Origin: an uncultured Clostridium sp.
Lineage (GTDB): Bacteria; Bacillota; Clostridia; TANB77; CAG-508
NCBI GenBank assembly: GCA_948473335.1
Contig: CAOKXF010000001.1
Coordinates: 137,379 to 201,378 of the forward strand
DNA length: 64,000 nucleotides
Direction of reading: 5' to 3'
Part shown: one piece after another, positions 28,583-38,528 of the stretch
How the letters are laid out: each line of letters starts with the position of its first letter
Position numbering within the stretch: position 1 is the first letter of the stretch
Translations under genes and position numbers: made by a program
Notes under the pieces: model-generated
Database searches by the model: none
What the model saw: only the letters and a program-made list of their open reading frames with translations
Told to the model about the DNA's origin: nothing

Positions 28583-30121
28583 ATGTTATCACAAATAAAA
28601 TCAATAGCATTAAATGGACTAGATGGATATCTAGTCGAAGTTCAAACAGATATAGGGAAAGGTTTGCCATCTTTTGAGATAGTAGGACTTCCAGATGTTA
28701 CAGTTAAGGAAGCAAAGGAAAGAATAAAAACAGCTATAAAAAATGCCAGAATAGAATTTCCAAGTAAAAAAATATTAATAAATTTAGCGCCAGCTAATAT
28801 AAGAAAGGAGGGAAGCAACTTTGATTTACCAATGGCGATAGGATTATTAATTAGTATAGGTGCTATTCCAAGCGAAGTGCAAAAGTTATTAAATAATACA
28901 ATATTTATAGGAGAATTATCATTAAGTGGACAAGTTAATGGAGTAAGAGGAGTCTTACCAATGTGTATAGAAGCAAAAGAATTAGGCATAAGAAGAGCAA
29001 TAGTTCCAATAGCAAATGGATATGAAGCTGCGATAGTTCAAGGATTAGAAGTTATTCCTGTTAAGAATTTAGATGATGTAATATTGTATTTAACAGGTAA
29101 AAAGCAAATAGAAAAAATAGAATCAAATATACAAAAATTTTTTAATCTTAACAAAAAATATGATGTAGATTTTTCAGAAGTAAAGGGGCAAGAAAATGTA
29201 AAGAGAGCTTTAGAAATAGCAGCGGCAGGAGGACACAATTGCTTATTAATAGGAAGTCCAGGATCTGGGAAAACAATGCTTTCTAAAAGATTACCAACTA
29301 TTTTGCCAGATTTAACTTTTGAAGAAGCATTAGAAATTACAAAAATACATAGTATAGCAGGAAAAATGGTAAATGGATCTTCATTAATAACAGCAAGGCC
29401 ATTTAGAAGTCCACATCATACTTCATCTGGGGTAGCTTTGATTGGAGGAGGAAGAATACCGAAACCAGGAGAAATAAGTTTAGCACATTATGGAATACTA
29501 TTTTTAGATGAATTGCCTGAATTTAAAAGGAATGTACTGGAAGAGTTAAGAGGACCATTAGAAGATAGAAATGTTACAATTAGTAGAGTTGTAAATACAT
29601 TAACATATCCAAGTAATTTTATGCTGGTAGCAAGTATGAATCCATGCCCTTGTGGTTATTATGGAAGTAGTGAAAAGGAGTGCACTTGTAAACCTATAAC
29701 GATTAATAAGTATTTACATAAAATAAGTGGACCATTATTAGATAGAATAGATTTACATATAGAAGTTGAACCAGTTAAATATCAAAAACTAGATAGTAAC
29801 ATAAAATGTGAAACTTCAGAAGAGATAAAGCGTAGAGTTAATGATGCACGAGATATTCAGTTGAAAAGATATAAAGATTTCAAAATATATTCAAATGCTG
29901 AATTAGATGCAAATCTAATTGAAAAATATTGTAAATTAGATTCGAAAGCAAATATGATTTTAGAGAATGCATTTGAGAAGTTAGGATTAAGTGCAAGAGC
30001 ATATACAAAAATTTTGAAAGTCGCACGAACAATAGCAGACTTAGAGGGGAGTGAGGATATAGAATACGAACATATTGCAGAAGCAATACAATACAGAAGT
30101 TTGGATAAAAAATATTTTTAA
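28583..30121 (+). CDS. yifB: YifB/ComM-family Mg-chelatase-like AAA+ ATPase
   Basis: Lon-protease-like N-terminal domain, Walker A (GSPGSGKT), Walker B (ILFLDELPEF) and a Cys4 zinc motif (CPCGYYGSSEKECTC). Start set at MLSQIKS after a GAAAGGAGAAAA SD. Confidence 0.85.
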   Translation: MLSQIKSIALNGLDGYLVEVQTDIGKGLPSFEIVGLPDVTVKEAKERIKTAIKNARIEFPSKKILINLAPANIRKEGSNFDLPMAIGLLISIGAIPSEVQKLLNNTIFIGELSLSGQVNGVRGVLPMCIEAKELGIRRAIVPIANGYEAAIVQGLEVIPVKNLDDVILYLTGKKQIEKIESNIQKFFNLNKKYDVDFSEVKGQENVKRALEIAAAGGHNCLLIGSPGSGKTMLSKRLPTILPDLTFEEALEITKIHSIAGKMVNGSSLITARPFRSPHHTSSGVALIGGGRIPKPGEISLAHYGILFLDELPEFKRNVLEELRGPLEDRNVTISRVVNTLTYPSNFMLVASMNPCPCGYYGSSEKECTCKPITINKYLHKISGPLLDRIDLHIEVEPVKYQKLDSNIKCETSEEIKRRVNDARDIQLKRYKDFKIYSNAELDANLIEKYCKLDSKANMILENAFEKLGLSARAYTKILKVARTIADLEGSEDIEYEHIAEAIQYRSLDKKYF

Positions 30122-30159
30122 TATTTAAATTGTTTTTACAATAAAAAAGAAACACAAAG

Positions 30160-30500
30160 GAAGACAAGAGAGATGATGATATAAAAAAATAAAAAACAAA
30201 AAAAGCACCTTGTTTACTAATAGGCGCATATCCGCGCCCATTAGTAAAACAGTTGATATAAGCGGAAAATAAAGAAAAGTAAGAGAAGAAGGAGATGATG
30301 ATATAAAAAAATAAAAAATAAAAAAGCACCTTGTTTGCTAATAGGCGCATATCCGCGCCCATTAGTAAAACAGTTGGTATAAGCGGAAAAATAAAAAAAG
30401 AAAGAAAAAAAGATGATGATGTAAAAAATAAACAAGAGAGTATCTTGTTTACAAATAGGTGCATATCTGCGATAAGATAATTAGTAAAACATCTAAATAT
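30160..30500. repeat. Tandem array of three ~120-bp units (the third degenerate), each carrying one copy of the dispersed ~45-bp palindromic element
   Basis: The period is marked by gatgatgatataaaaaaat at 30172, 30292 and 30411. The embedded palindromes are at 30209-30252, 30330-30373 and 30444-30490. Confidence 0.85.
30209..30252. repeat. Dispersed palindromic element, copy 1 (cttgtttactaataGGCGCatatccGCGCCcattagtaaaacag)
   Basis: Imperfect ~16-bp outer arms around a GC-rich inner stem. The same element recurs at 30330, 30444, 42846 (opposite orientation) and 55671. Confidence 0.85.
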
Positions 30501-30930
30501 ATTAAAAAAGAGTAATAGAAATTAAAGAAAAGGAGGAATATATCTAATTCAATAAGCAATACATTGCTAAAGAAATAGAATCATAGTACTTATGAAATTA
30601 AAAATAATAGATAAACAAATATTAGACATTTATGAAAATGAAAACAAACAAAAGTTATTCAAAGCAAGTGATTTTCAAAAAATTATGGAATTAAGAACAA
30701 GATTTAGTGATTTTATAAGACGAAAGGGAATTAATTTAATAGAAGAAAAAGACTATTACAAGGTAAAAGCAGAAGAATCTTCTAATAAAAAGCAATTTAA
30801 AAACAAATTCGAATATTACATAACACAAGAAACAGTACAAAGAATATGTTTTGTAAGTAAGAACAAAATATGTCAAAAAATACAAGAAGAGGCATTAAAA
30901 AATAAAGAAAAAAACTTTTTGGAGATATTA

Positions 30931-32010
30931 ATGACGACGCTAAATAAAATAAAGCAAGAGGAAAGAATAGAAGAAATTATAGAAATAAATATGAATGATG
31001 AAGAATATCCAGAAAAATTAAAACAGATAAAAAATCCACCAAAAAAAATATACATAAAAGGAAATGTAGAACTTTTAAAACAAAATGGAATAGCAGTTGT
31101 AGGGTCAAGAACAACATCAAATTATGGAAGAAAAATGTGCAAAATATTTGTAAATAATTTAGTAGGCTATAATTTAAATATAATAAGTGGTCTAGCAACA
31201 GGGATGGATTCACTAGCGCATAGGACTTGTATAGAAGCACAGGGAAAAACAATAGCTGTTTTACCATGCGGATTAAAGCACATTTATCCAAAAAGTAATG
31301 AAATATTATATAATAGAATACTTGAAGAAGGAGGACTTATAGTAAGTGAATATGAACTTAATGAAAAAGAAAGTTCAGATCATTTTAGAGAAAGAAATAG
31401 AATAGTAGCAGGATTATCAATAGGAACATTAGTAGTAGAATCACATAGAAAAAGTGGAACAAGTATTACAGTGCGAAATACAGAAGAACAAAACAAAAAG
31501 TCATTTTGTATACCGAGTAGTTTAGAAAACACAAAAGGAGCTGGAAATAATGAAATGATAAGGGATAAGAGAGCAAAGTTGGTAATTACAGTAGAAGATA
31601 TAATAGAAGAGTATACAGAATTGAAATTAAAAAAGAGAGAAGATTTTGAGTTCTTAGATATAAGCAATTTAAAAAATAAAATGAAATTAACAATAGAAAA
31701 TGAAGGTATAAATATAAGTAAAAGTATGGATATAAGCAAAGACCTAAGTAAAAACAAAAGTAAAGATATACATAAAAACATAAACAAAGAGATAGGTGAA
31801 AAAATAGATGAAGATATAGGTAAAGGCATAAGTAAAGAAAATATAGAAATTTATAATGCAATAATAGAAGGAGCAGAAACAATAGATGAAATAGCAAGAA
31901 AGACTAATAAAGACAGTAAAGAAGTAGCATGCAAATTAACAATATTAGAATTAGAAAATGCAATAGAAGCATTACCAGGAAAAAGATTTAAAATTAAAAA
32001 GCAAAAATAA
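30931..32010 (+). CDS. dprA: DNA-processing protein A (DprA/Smf), without the N-terminal SAM domain. It carries a K/I/S-rich low-complexity insert before the C-terminal winged-helix domain
   Basis: Rossmann-fold core GIAVVGSRTTSNYGRK...GLATGMDSLAH...RNRIVAGLS. C-terminal WH domain (IYNAIIEGAETIDEIARKT...LTILELENAIEAL). The start is set at MTTLNK (ATG 30931) because GGAGA lies 5 nt upstream. The same frame stays open back to ATG 30592, which has no SD. Confidence 0.7.
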   Translation: MTTLNKIKQEERIEEIIEINMNDEEYPEKLKQIKNPPKKIYIKGNVELLKQNGIAVVGSRTTSNYGRKMCKIFVNNLVGYNLNIISGLATGMDSLAHRTCIEAQGKTIAVLPCGLKHIYPKSNEILYNRILEEGGLIVSEYELNEKESSDHFRERNRIVAGLSIGTLVVESHRKSGTSITVRNTEEQNKKSFCIPSSLENTKGAGNNEMIRDKRAKLVITVEDIIEEYTELKLKKREDFEFLDISNLKNKMKLTIENEGINISKSMDISKDLSKNKSKDIHKNINKEIGEKIDEDIGKGISKENIEIYNAIIEGAETIDEIARKTNKDSKEVACKLTILELENAIEALPGKRFKIKKQK

Positions 32011-32143
32011 AATCATATAAGAAGTAAAGGTAGACAATAAGAAAGTAAAATATAATTTATTTTCACTTCAAGTTGCGTAATTCAAAGTGCCATAGGGTTT
32101 CCTATACAATAAAAATAATAAAAATGAGAAGGGAATGAAAAAA

Positions 32144-32497
32144 ATGAATAGAAATCAAGAAATAGGAAAAATAGGAGAAGATTTAGCAGAAAAGTATCTA
32201 AAAAACAAAGAATATAAAATTATACAGAGAAATTATAGATGTAGACAAGGAGAAATGGACATAATAGCAAAAGACAAAGAAGAAATAGTATTTATTGAAG
32301 TAAAAACAAGAACGACAATAAATTTTGGTAGACCATCAGAAGCAGTAAACTACATAAAAAGAGAACATTTACAAAATATAGCAAGATATTATTTATACAC
32401 AAATAAGATAACTAAAACGCAAATACGATTCGATGTAGTAGAAATATATCTATGGCCAAAGGGACATTCAGTAAACCATATAAAACAAATAATATAA
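32144..32497 (+). CDS. yraN: YraN-family (UPF0102) endonuclease
   Basis: GEDLAEKYLKNKEYKIIQRNYR...GEMDIIA...VFIEVKTR is a PD-(D/E)XK-type YraN signature. Confidence 0.75.
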   Translation: MNRNQEIGKIGEDLAEKYLKNKEYKIIQRNYRCRQGEMDIIAKDKEEIVFIEVKTRTTINFGRPSEAVNYIKREHLQNIARYYLYTNKITKTQIRFDVVEIYLWPKGHSVNHIKQII

Positions 32498-32663
32498 AAA
32501 TGTAAGAAATAATAAAATTTTAATTAAGGAAAATATTTAGAAGATTAATTAAAAAAGTAAATACTGCATTGAGCAAAATTTTAGAATAAAGTAAAAACTT
32601 GATATTTACATATTAATTTGATAAAATGACAATATTAATAAAGAAAAATAGAAAGAGGAAAAA

Positions 32664-33521
32664 ATGTCAAGTATATTAGAAGAAACAAAATACATAATGA
32701 AAAAATACAATATAAAAGCAAATAAAAATTTAGGACAAAATTTTTTAATAAGTGAAGAAGTGGTAGAAAAAATAGTAGAAAGTGCAGATATAAAAAAAGA
32801 CGAATTAATAATAGAGATAGGACCAGGACTAGGAACACTCACAAAACATTTATTAGAAAAATCAGGAAAGGTAATATGCATAGAAATAGACCCAAAAATG
32901 ATAAAAATTCTAGAAGACAGATTTGCATTATACACAAATTTTGAAATAATCAATGAAGATGTATTAAAAGTAAATTTACAAGAAATTATTAAAAAAGAAA
33001 AAAGGACTTGTAAAATAGTAGCAAACTTGCCATACTATATAACAACCCCAATAATAATGAAATTGTTAGAAAACAAGCTAGAAATAGAAAGTATAACTGT
33101 AATGATACAAAAAGAAGTAGCAGATAGATTAATAGCAAAACCAGGAGAAAAAGAAACAGGAGCAATAACATATTCAGTATATTATTATTGCAATTCAGAG
33201 AAAATATTAGAAGTACCAAATTATTCATTTATACCTGAACCAGAAGTAACATCAGAAGTAATAAAATTAAAATTAAGAAAAGAAATTCCAATAAAAGTAA
33301 AAAATATAGAAAAGATGTTTAAAATAATAAAAAATGCATTTATGCAAAGGAGAAAGACGCTAATAAACGCACTTGTAAATACACAAATAATAAAAAACAA
33401 AGAAGAAGCAAATGAAATATTTGAAAAATTAAATATAAGTACAAAAGTAAGAGCAGAAGAATTAACATTACAGCAATTTGCAGATATATCAGATAATATT
33501 GAGATAGGAGGAAAAATATGA
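32664..33521 (+). CDS. rsmA: 16S rRNA (adenine1518-N6/adenine1519-N6)-dimethyltransferase
   Basis: GQNFL motif, SAM-binding EIGPGLGTLT and NLPYYITTPII. Confidence 0.9.
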   Translation: MSSILEETKYIMKKYNIKANKNLGQNFLISEEVVEKIVESADIKKDELIIEIGPGLGTLTKHLLEKSGKVICIEIDPKMIKILEDRFALYTNFEIINEDVLKVNLQEIIKKEKRTCKIVANLPYYITTPIIMKLLENKLEIESITVMIQKEVADRLIAKPGEKETGAITYSVYYYCNSEKILEVPNYSFIPEPEVTSEVIKLKLRKEIPIKVKNIEKMFKIIKNAFMQRRKTLINALVNTQIIKNKEEANEIFEKLNISTKVRAEELTLQQFADISDNIEIGGKI

Positions 33522-34498
33522 AAATAGTATTTATGGGAACACCAGATTTTGCAAAAGAATCTTTACAAGCAATATATGAAGCAGAACATGAAATATTAGC
33601 AGTAGTAACAAATGAAGACAAGCCAAGCGGAAGAGGAATGAAGCTAACAAAAAGTCCTGTAAAAGAATATGCCCAACAAAAAAATATAAAGATATATCAA
33701 CCAAAAAAAATAAGAAACAATGAAGAATTTATAAATGAAATCAAAAAAATGAAACCAGAAGTAATATGTGTAGTGGCATATGGTAAAATATTACCCAAAG
33801 AGATATTAGAAATACCAGAAAAAGGATGCATTAATGTACATGCATCATTACTACCAAAATATAGAGGAGCAGCTCCAATACAAAGAGCAATAATAAATGG
33901 AGAGAAATATACAGGAGTAACAACAATGTATATGGACGTAGGAATGGATACAGGAGACATGATATTAAAAAAAGAGGAAAATATAGGAGAAGAAGAAACA
34001 ACAGGAGAGTTATGGAATAGATTATCAAAGATAGGAGCAGAACTGTTAGTAGAAACATTAGAAAAAGTAAAAGAAGGAACAGCACCAAGGACACCACAAG
34101 GAGAGGACTATACGATGGCACCAATGTTAAATAAGGAAACAGATGGAATAATAGACTGGGAAACTAAAGTAGCTGAAGAAATAAGAAATCAAGTAAGAGG
34201 ATTAAATCCAATAATGGGAGCAATTACATACTTAGAAGGAAAGAAGATAAAATTCTGGAAGGTAAAAGTGGCAACAGAAGAAGAATTAGAAAAAATAATA
34301 GAAGAAGAAAAAATAGAAAATAAAGAAAATGGAACAATTATTATAGCAGATAGTAAAAAAGGATTATATATAAAAACAAAAAAAGGTGTAGTAAAAGTAT
34401 TAGAAATACAAGGAGAAAATTCAAGAAGAATGGCAATAGAAGACTATTTGAGAGGAAACAAAATAGAAGTTGGTAAAATATTTAAAAAACAGTTGTAA
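33518..34498 (+). CDS. fmt: Methionyl-tRNA formyltransferase
   Basis: MKIVFMGTPDFA N-terminus, the HASLLPKYRGAAPIQRAI formyltransferase motif and the C-terminal domain. Confidence 0.9.
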   Translation: MKIVFMGTPDFAKESLQAIYEAEHEILAVVTNEDKPSGRGMKLTKSPVKEYAQQKNIKIYQPKKIRNNEEFINEIKKMKPEVICVVAYGKILPKEILEIPEKGCINVHASLLPKYRGAAPIQRAIINGEKYTGVTTMYMDVGMDTGDMILKKEENIGEEETTGELWNRLSKIGAELLVETLEKVKEGTAPRTPQGEDYTMAPMLNKETDGIIDWETKVAEEIRNQVRGLNPIMGAITYLEGKKIKFWKVKVATEEELEKIIEEEKIENKENGTIIIADSKKGLYIKTKKGVVKVLEIQGENSRRMAIEDYLRGNKIEVGKIFKKQL

Positions 34499-34588
34499 AA
34501 ATAATAAAAAATTGATATACTAATGGCAAATCAAAAAAGATATAAAAAAATAGGACAAGATTTGTCCAAAAAGAAAGGATGATTTAAT

Positions 34589-35023
34589 ATGGAAGAAAAC
34601 AAAATTGAAGAAATAAAAGAGGAAATAGTAAAAGAAGAAACATTAGGAGAAAATACAGGAATAAAAATATCAGATGAAGTAATAGCAGTAATAGCAGGAG
34701 TAGCAGTATCAGAAGTAAATGGAGTAGCTGGAATGCAAGGAAAATTTGGAGGAGGAATAGGAGAAGTATTAAGTGGTAAAAAGAATTTAGCAAAAGGAAT
34801 AAAAGTAGAAACAATAAATGAACAAGCAAAAATAGATGTAAACATAATAGTAGAATATGGAGCAAGAATACCAGATGTAGCATTTGAAATACAAAACAGA
34901 GTAAAGAAAGCAGTAGAAGGAATGGCAGGATTAAAAGTATCAGAAGTAAATGTACATGTGCAAGGAGTAAATATAGAATCAGATAGTAAAGAGCAAACAG
35001 AACAAAAAGGAACAGCAGAATAA
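34589..35023 (+). CDS. asp23: Asp23/Gls24-family envelope stress protein
   Basis: The ISDEVIAVIAGVAVSEVNGVAG pattern is typical of Asp23. Confidence 0.8.
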   Translation: MEENKIEEIKEEIVKEETLGENTGIKISDEVIAVIAGVAVSEVNGVAGMQGKFGGGIGEVLSGKKNLAKGIKVETINEQAKIDVNIIVEYGARIPDVAFEIQNRVKKAVEGMAGLKVSEVNVHVQGVNIESDSKEQTEQKGTAE

Positions 35024-35066
35024 TAAAAACAAAAGACATAAAAATTTTATATAGGAAACATTCAAA

Positions 35067-35096
35067 CCTCAGCAAAATCCAAGTTTTTTGCTGAGG
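35067..35096 (+). terminator. Intrinsic terminator after asp23
   Basis: cctcagcaaaa/ttttgctgagg stem with an internal T-run. Confidence 0.6.
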
Positions 35097-35135
35097 AAAG
35101 ATTGTATGCATTAGGAAAAGGAAGGAAAAAGAAAG

Positions 35136-35693
35136 ATGAAAATAATAGAAAGAATAGTATTAGTAGTATATTCATATATAATTTTAGTATTAGCTACATT
35201 TTTTAGTTTAATAATATTAGGATTAATAGATGCAAGCCTAGTGCAAACCATAATAGAAAAGATACTACAAGAAGACATATTATCAAAGGTAATATTAGGA
35301 CTAAATGCAGTATTTATATTATTATCAATAAGATGTATATTTTTTGACACGAGAGATAAAAAATCAGAGAAAGAAAAGCAAGGAATATTACTAAAAAATG
35401 AAAATGGTAAATTACTAATATCAAAAGAAACAATAGAAAATTTAACAAATTCAGTAATAAAAGAATTTGAAAGTATAGAGCAAATAAGTACAAAAACAAC
35501 GATAGATAAAGAAAATAATTTAATAATAGTTGTAAATTTAACAGTAGGACCAAAAGTAATAATAAAAGAACTTTCAGTAAATCTACAAAATAAAATAATA
35601 GAAACAGTAAAAAACACATTAGATTTAGAGGTAAAAGAAGTAAATATAAGAGTTAAAAGCTATGTAGCAAAAACTGAGGAAAATAAAGGATAA
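35136..35693 (+). CDS. amaP: Alkaline-shock-response membrane anchor protein AmaP-like
   Basis: N-terminal double TM segment plus soluble domain. Conserved asp23-amaP-DUF2273 gene order. Confidence 0.6.
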   Translation: MKIIERIVLVVYSYIILVLATFFSLIILGLIDASLVQTIIEKILQEDILSKVILGLNAVFILLSIRCIFFDTRDKKSEKEKQGILLKNENGKLLISKETIENLTNSVIKEFESIEQISTKTTIDKENNLIIVVNLTVGPKVIIKELSVNLQNKIIETVKNTLDLEVKEVNIRVKSYVAKTEENKG

Positions 35694-35733
35694 TATTGAA
35701 AAGTTTCAAAGAACCAAAAGAAAGGATAAAAAG

Positions 35734-35928
35734 ATGGGAGATTTTTGGAGACAATATAAAGGAGCTATAATAGGAGTGCTTGTAGCAATATTAGTTTTAT
35801 GTACAAGATTATATAGTCTTATTTTAGGAGTAGTATTAATAATAATAGGAGCATTTTTAGGAAACTATGTACAACAAAACAAAGAAGAAGTAAAAGATAG
35901 AATAAAAAAATTTATTGATAAAATGTAG
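35734..35928 (+). CDS. DUF2273-family small membrane protein
   Basis: 64-aa, two-TM protein (GAIIGVLVAILVL...LGVVLIIIGAFLG) that follows amaP. Confidence 0.6.
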   Translation: MGDFWRQYKGAIIGVLVAILVLCTRLYSLILGVVLIIIGAFLGNYVQQNKEEVKDRIKKFIDKM

Positions 35929-35986
35929 AATAAGATATAAAACATATATAATAAAAAATAAAAAAAGGGACAAGAAAGGAAAGAAT

Positions 35987-36391
35987 ATGAATAGATCAGC
36001 AATTAGAGAATTAACATTCAGACTAATATATAGCCAAGAAATACAAAAAAGTGAAGACATAGATGAACAAATAGAACTATATTTAGAAGCAAATGAAATA
36101 ACAGATGAAAGTGCAATAGAATATATAAAAGATGTTGTAAAAGGAATAAAAAATAATCAAGAAGAAATTGAAAAAAAGATACAAAAAAATCTAAAAGCTG
36201 ATTGGAAAATAGAAAGAATATCAAAAGTAGATTTAAGTCTATTAAAATTAGCAATATATGAAATAAAATATAAAGAAATACCATATAAAATAATAATAAA
36301 TGAAGTTGTAGAATTATCAAAACAATATGGAGAAGAGCAATCAAAAAATTTTGTTAATGGAATATTAGCAAGTATAGTAAAAGAAGGATAA
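35987..36391 (+). CDS. nusB: Transcription antitermination factor NusB
   Basis: MNRSAIRELTFRLIYSQE... is the NusB fold signature. Start set at MNRS after an AAGGAAAGAA SD. The listed longer ORF begins inside an AT-rich spacer. Confidence 0.85.
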   Translation: MNRSAIRELTFRLIYSQEIQKSEDIDEQIELYLEANEITDESAIEYIKDVVKGIKNNQEEIEKKIQKNLKADWKIERISKVDLSLLKLAIYEIKYKEIPYKIIINEVVELSKQYGEEQSKNFVNGILASIVKEG

Positions 36392-36396
36392 AATAT

Positions 36397-37587
36397 ATGA
36401 AATATCAAGCAATATCTGTATCAGAGTTAAATGCATATATAAAGGGAAAAATATCAGAAGATGAAGCACTACAAAGTGTATTAGTAAAAGGCGAAATATC
36501 AAATTTCAAAAACCATTACGCAACAGGACATCTTTATTTTACATTAAAGGATGAAAAATCCTTAATAAAATGTATAATGTTTAAAGGCTATGCAGAAAAA
36601 CTAGACTTTATACCAAAAGATGGAATGAGTGTAATGGTTTTTGGTAGTGTTTCAGTATATGAGAGAGATGGAGTATACCAAATATATGTACAAGCGATGC
36701 AAGAAGATGGATTAGGAAGTCTATATAAAGCATATGAAGAATTAAAAAGTAAATTAGAAAAAGAGGGATTGTTTAGAGAAGAACATAAAAAGAAGATACC
36801 AACATATCCCAAAGAAATCGGAGTATTAACATCAGAAACAGGAGCAGTAATAAGAGATATTATTAATGTATCAACAAGAAGAAATCCAAATGTACACATA
36901 AAGTTATTGCCAGTACCAGTTCAAGGACTAGGAGCAAGTGAAAAAATAGCAGAAGCAATTGAAATAATGAACAGGAATAACCTAGTAGATGTAATAATTT
37001 TAGCAAGAGGAGGAGGCTCATTAGAAGATTTATGGCCATTTAATGAAGAAGAAGTGGCACGAGCAATATATAATTCAGGCATACCAATAATATCAGCAGT
37101 AGGACATGAAACAGACTTTAGTATATCAGATTTTGTAGCAGATTTAAGAGCACCAACACCTTCAGCAGCAGCTGAATTAGCAGTACCAGATATATCAGAA
37201 TTAAAAGCTATAATAAATACATATGAAACAAGATTTAAGAATTCTTTAATTAGAAAAATAGAATTAATGAAAATGAGATATAGTAAAAGCATGCAATCAA
37301 GAGCTTTTAAGGAGCCTATGAGAATCATAAATGATAATTATATAAAAATAGATAGTTTAATAAAAAATATGGAAAATTTTATAAATAAAAAACAATTTGA
37401 AGCTAAATCAAAATTTATAGAATTAACAACAAAGCTAGATAGTTTAAGTCCCCTAAAAACTTTAACAAGAGGGTATTCTTTAATAGAAATAAATGGAAAG
37501 ATTGTAAAAAGTCAAAAAGAAATAAAAACTGATGACGAAATAGAATTAAAGTTTTATGATGGAACTAAAAAAGCAAAAGTAATATAA
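36397..37587 (+). CDS. xseA: Exodeoxyribonuclease VII large subunit
   Basis: OB-fold N-terminus (VSELNAYIKGKI...VLVKGEISNFK...HLYFTLKD) and the catalytic/C-terminal regions. Confidence 0.9.
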   Translation: MKYQAISVSELNAYIKGKISEDEALQSVLVKGEISNFKNHYATGHLYFTLKDEKSLIKCIMFKGYAEKLDFIPKDGMSVMVFGSVSVYERDGVYQIYVQAMQEDGLGSLYKAYEELKSKLEKEGLFREEHKKKIPTYPKEIGVLTSETGAVIRDIINVSTRRNPNVHIKLLPVPVQGLGASEKIAEAIEIMNRNNLVDVIILARGGGSLEDLWPFNEEEVARAIYNSGIPIISAVGHETDFSISDFVADLRAPTPSAAAELAVPDISELKAIINTYETRFKNSLIRKIELMKMRYSKSMQSRAFKEPMRIINDNYIKIDSLIKNMENFINKKQFEAKSKFIELTTKLDSLSPLKTLTRGYSLIEINGKIVKSQKEIKTDDEIELKFYDGTKKAKVI

Positions 37588-37614
37588 CAACAATAATACA
37601 AAGGAGTGATGCAT

Positions 37615-38127
37615 ATGAAAAAAAATAAAAAAGCAATTATGTTAATAGTAGTAATTGCGGTTATACTAATAGTAATAGTATGTATAGCATATTACAAAAA
37701 TAAACAAGCTATAGAAACAAATACACCAAAGGACAATAATACAACACATCCAGAAGAAATAGATAAAGACAATGATAATGAAAATAATCAAAATAATGTA
37801 AATGATTTAGAAACAGATAAAAATGAAACAGACAATAATACAGATGTAGAAAATAGTAATCAGTCAAATAAAAATGATAGTACAACAAATAAAGAAGAGA
37901 ATACATCAAAAAATGAAATAAAAGAAAATGAAAATAAAAATAACACAGAAGATAAAGCAATAAATGCAGTAAAGAATAAAATTGGAGGAAGTAATAGTGC
38001 AAAATATTCAATAGATTATAATGCAAATCTACCAGCAAATCAGTTAATGGTCAAGGTAACTGAAGATGCAGTGACATTAGGATGGTATATTGTAAATACA
38101 GAAACATGGGAAGTAACAGAGTTTTAA
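37615..38127 (+). CDS. Membrane-anchored protein with an N/D/E/T/K-rich low-complexity region, inserted between xseA and xseB. Function unknown
   Basis: AAGGAG SD 8 nt before ATG (MKKNKK). Single N-terminal TM segment, about 100 aa of low-complexity sequence, then a short conserved-looking C-terminal domain. Confidence 0.45.
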   Translation: MKKNKKAIMLIVVIAVILIVIVCIAYYKNKQAIETNTPKDNNTTHPEEIDKDNDNENNQNNVNDLETDKNETDNNTDVENSNQSNKNDSTTNKEENTSKNEIKENENKNNTEDKAINAVKNKIGGSNSAKYSIDYNANLPANQLMVKVTEDAVTLGWYIVNTETWEVTEF

Positions 38128-38200
38128 AGAGAAATAATACTAATATGATATGCATAATTTAAAATAGTGAGTTATAAATATATATGAAGGGAATATAGTT

Positions 38201-38425
38201 ATGAGCGAAAAAAAAGTAGATTTTGAAAAATCAATGAAAGAATTAGAAGAAATAGTAGCAAAATTAGAAAAGGGAGATTTAAATTTAGATGAATCAGTAG
38301 AAGAATTCGAAAAAGGAATGAAAATTTCAAAAGAATGTAATAAAATATTAGAAAATGCAGAAAAGAGAATAACTGTATTACTTCAAAAAGAAGGAAATAT
38401 AGAGGAAGAAAAATTCTCAGTATAG
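38201..38425 (+). CDS. xseB: Exodeoxyribonuclease VII small subunit
   Basis: FEKSMKELEEIVAKLEKGDLNLDESVEEFEKGMKISKEC is the XseB signature. Confidence 0.85.
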   Translation: MSEKKVDFEKSMKELEEIVAKLEKGDLNLDESVEEFEKGMKISKECNKILENAEKRITVLLQKEGNIEEEKFSV

Positions 38426-38528
38426 TAAATCTAAAATATATGATCTATTTAATAAGAATAATATTATCAAAATAGTATAATATTATTAAAAATAACATAA
38501 TTTTATATAATAAATATGAGGGGCAAAA

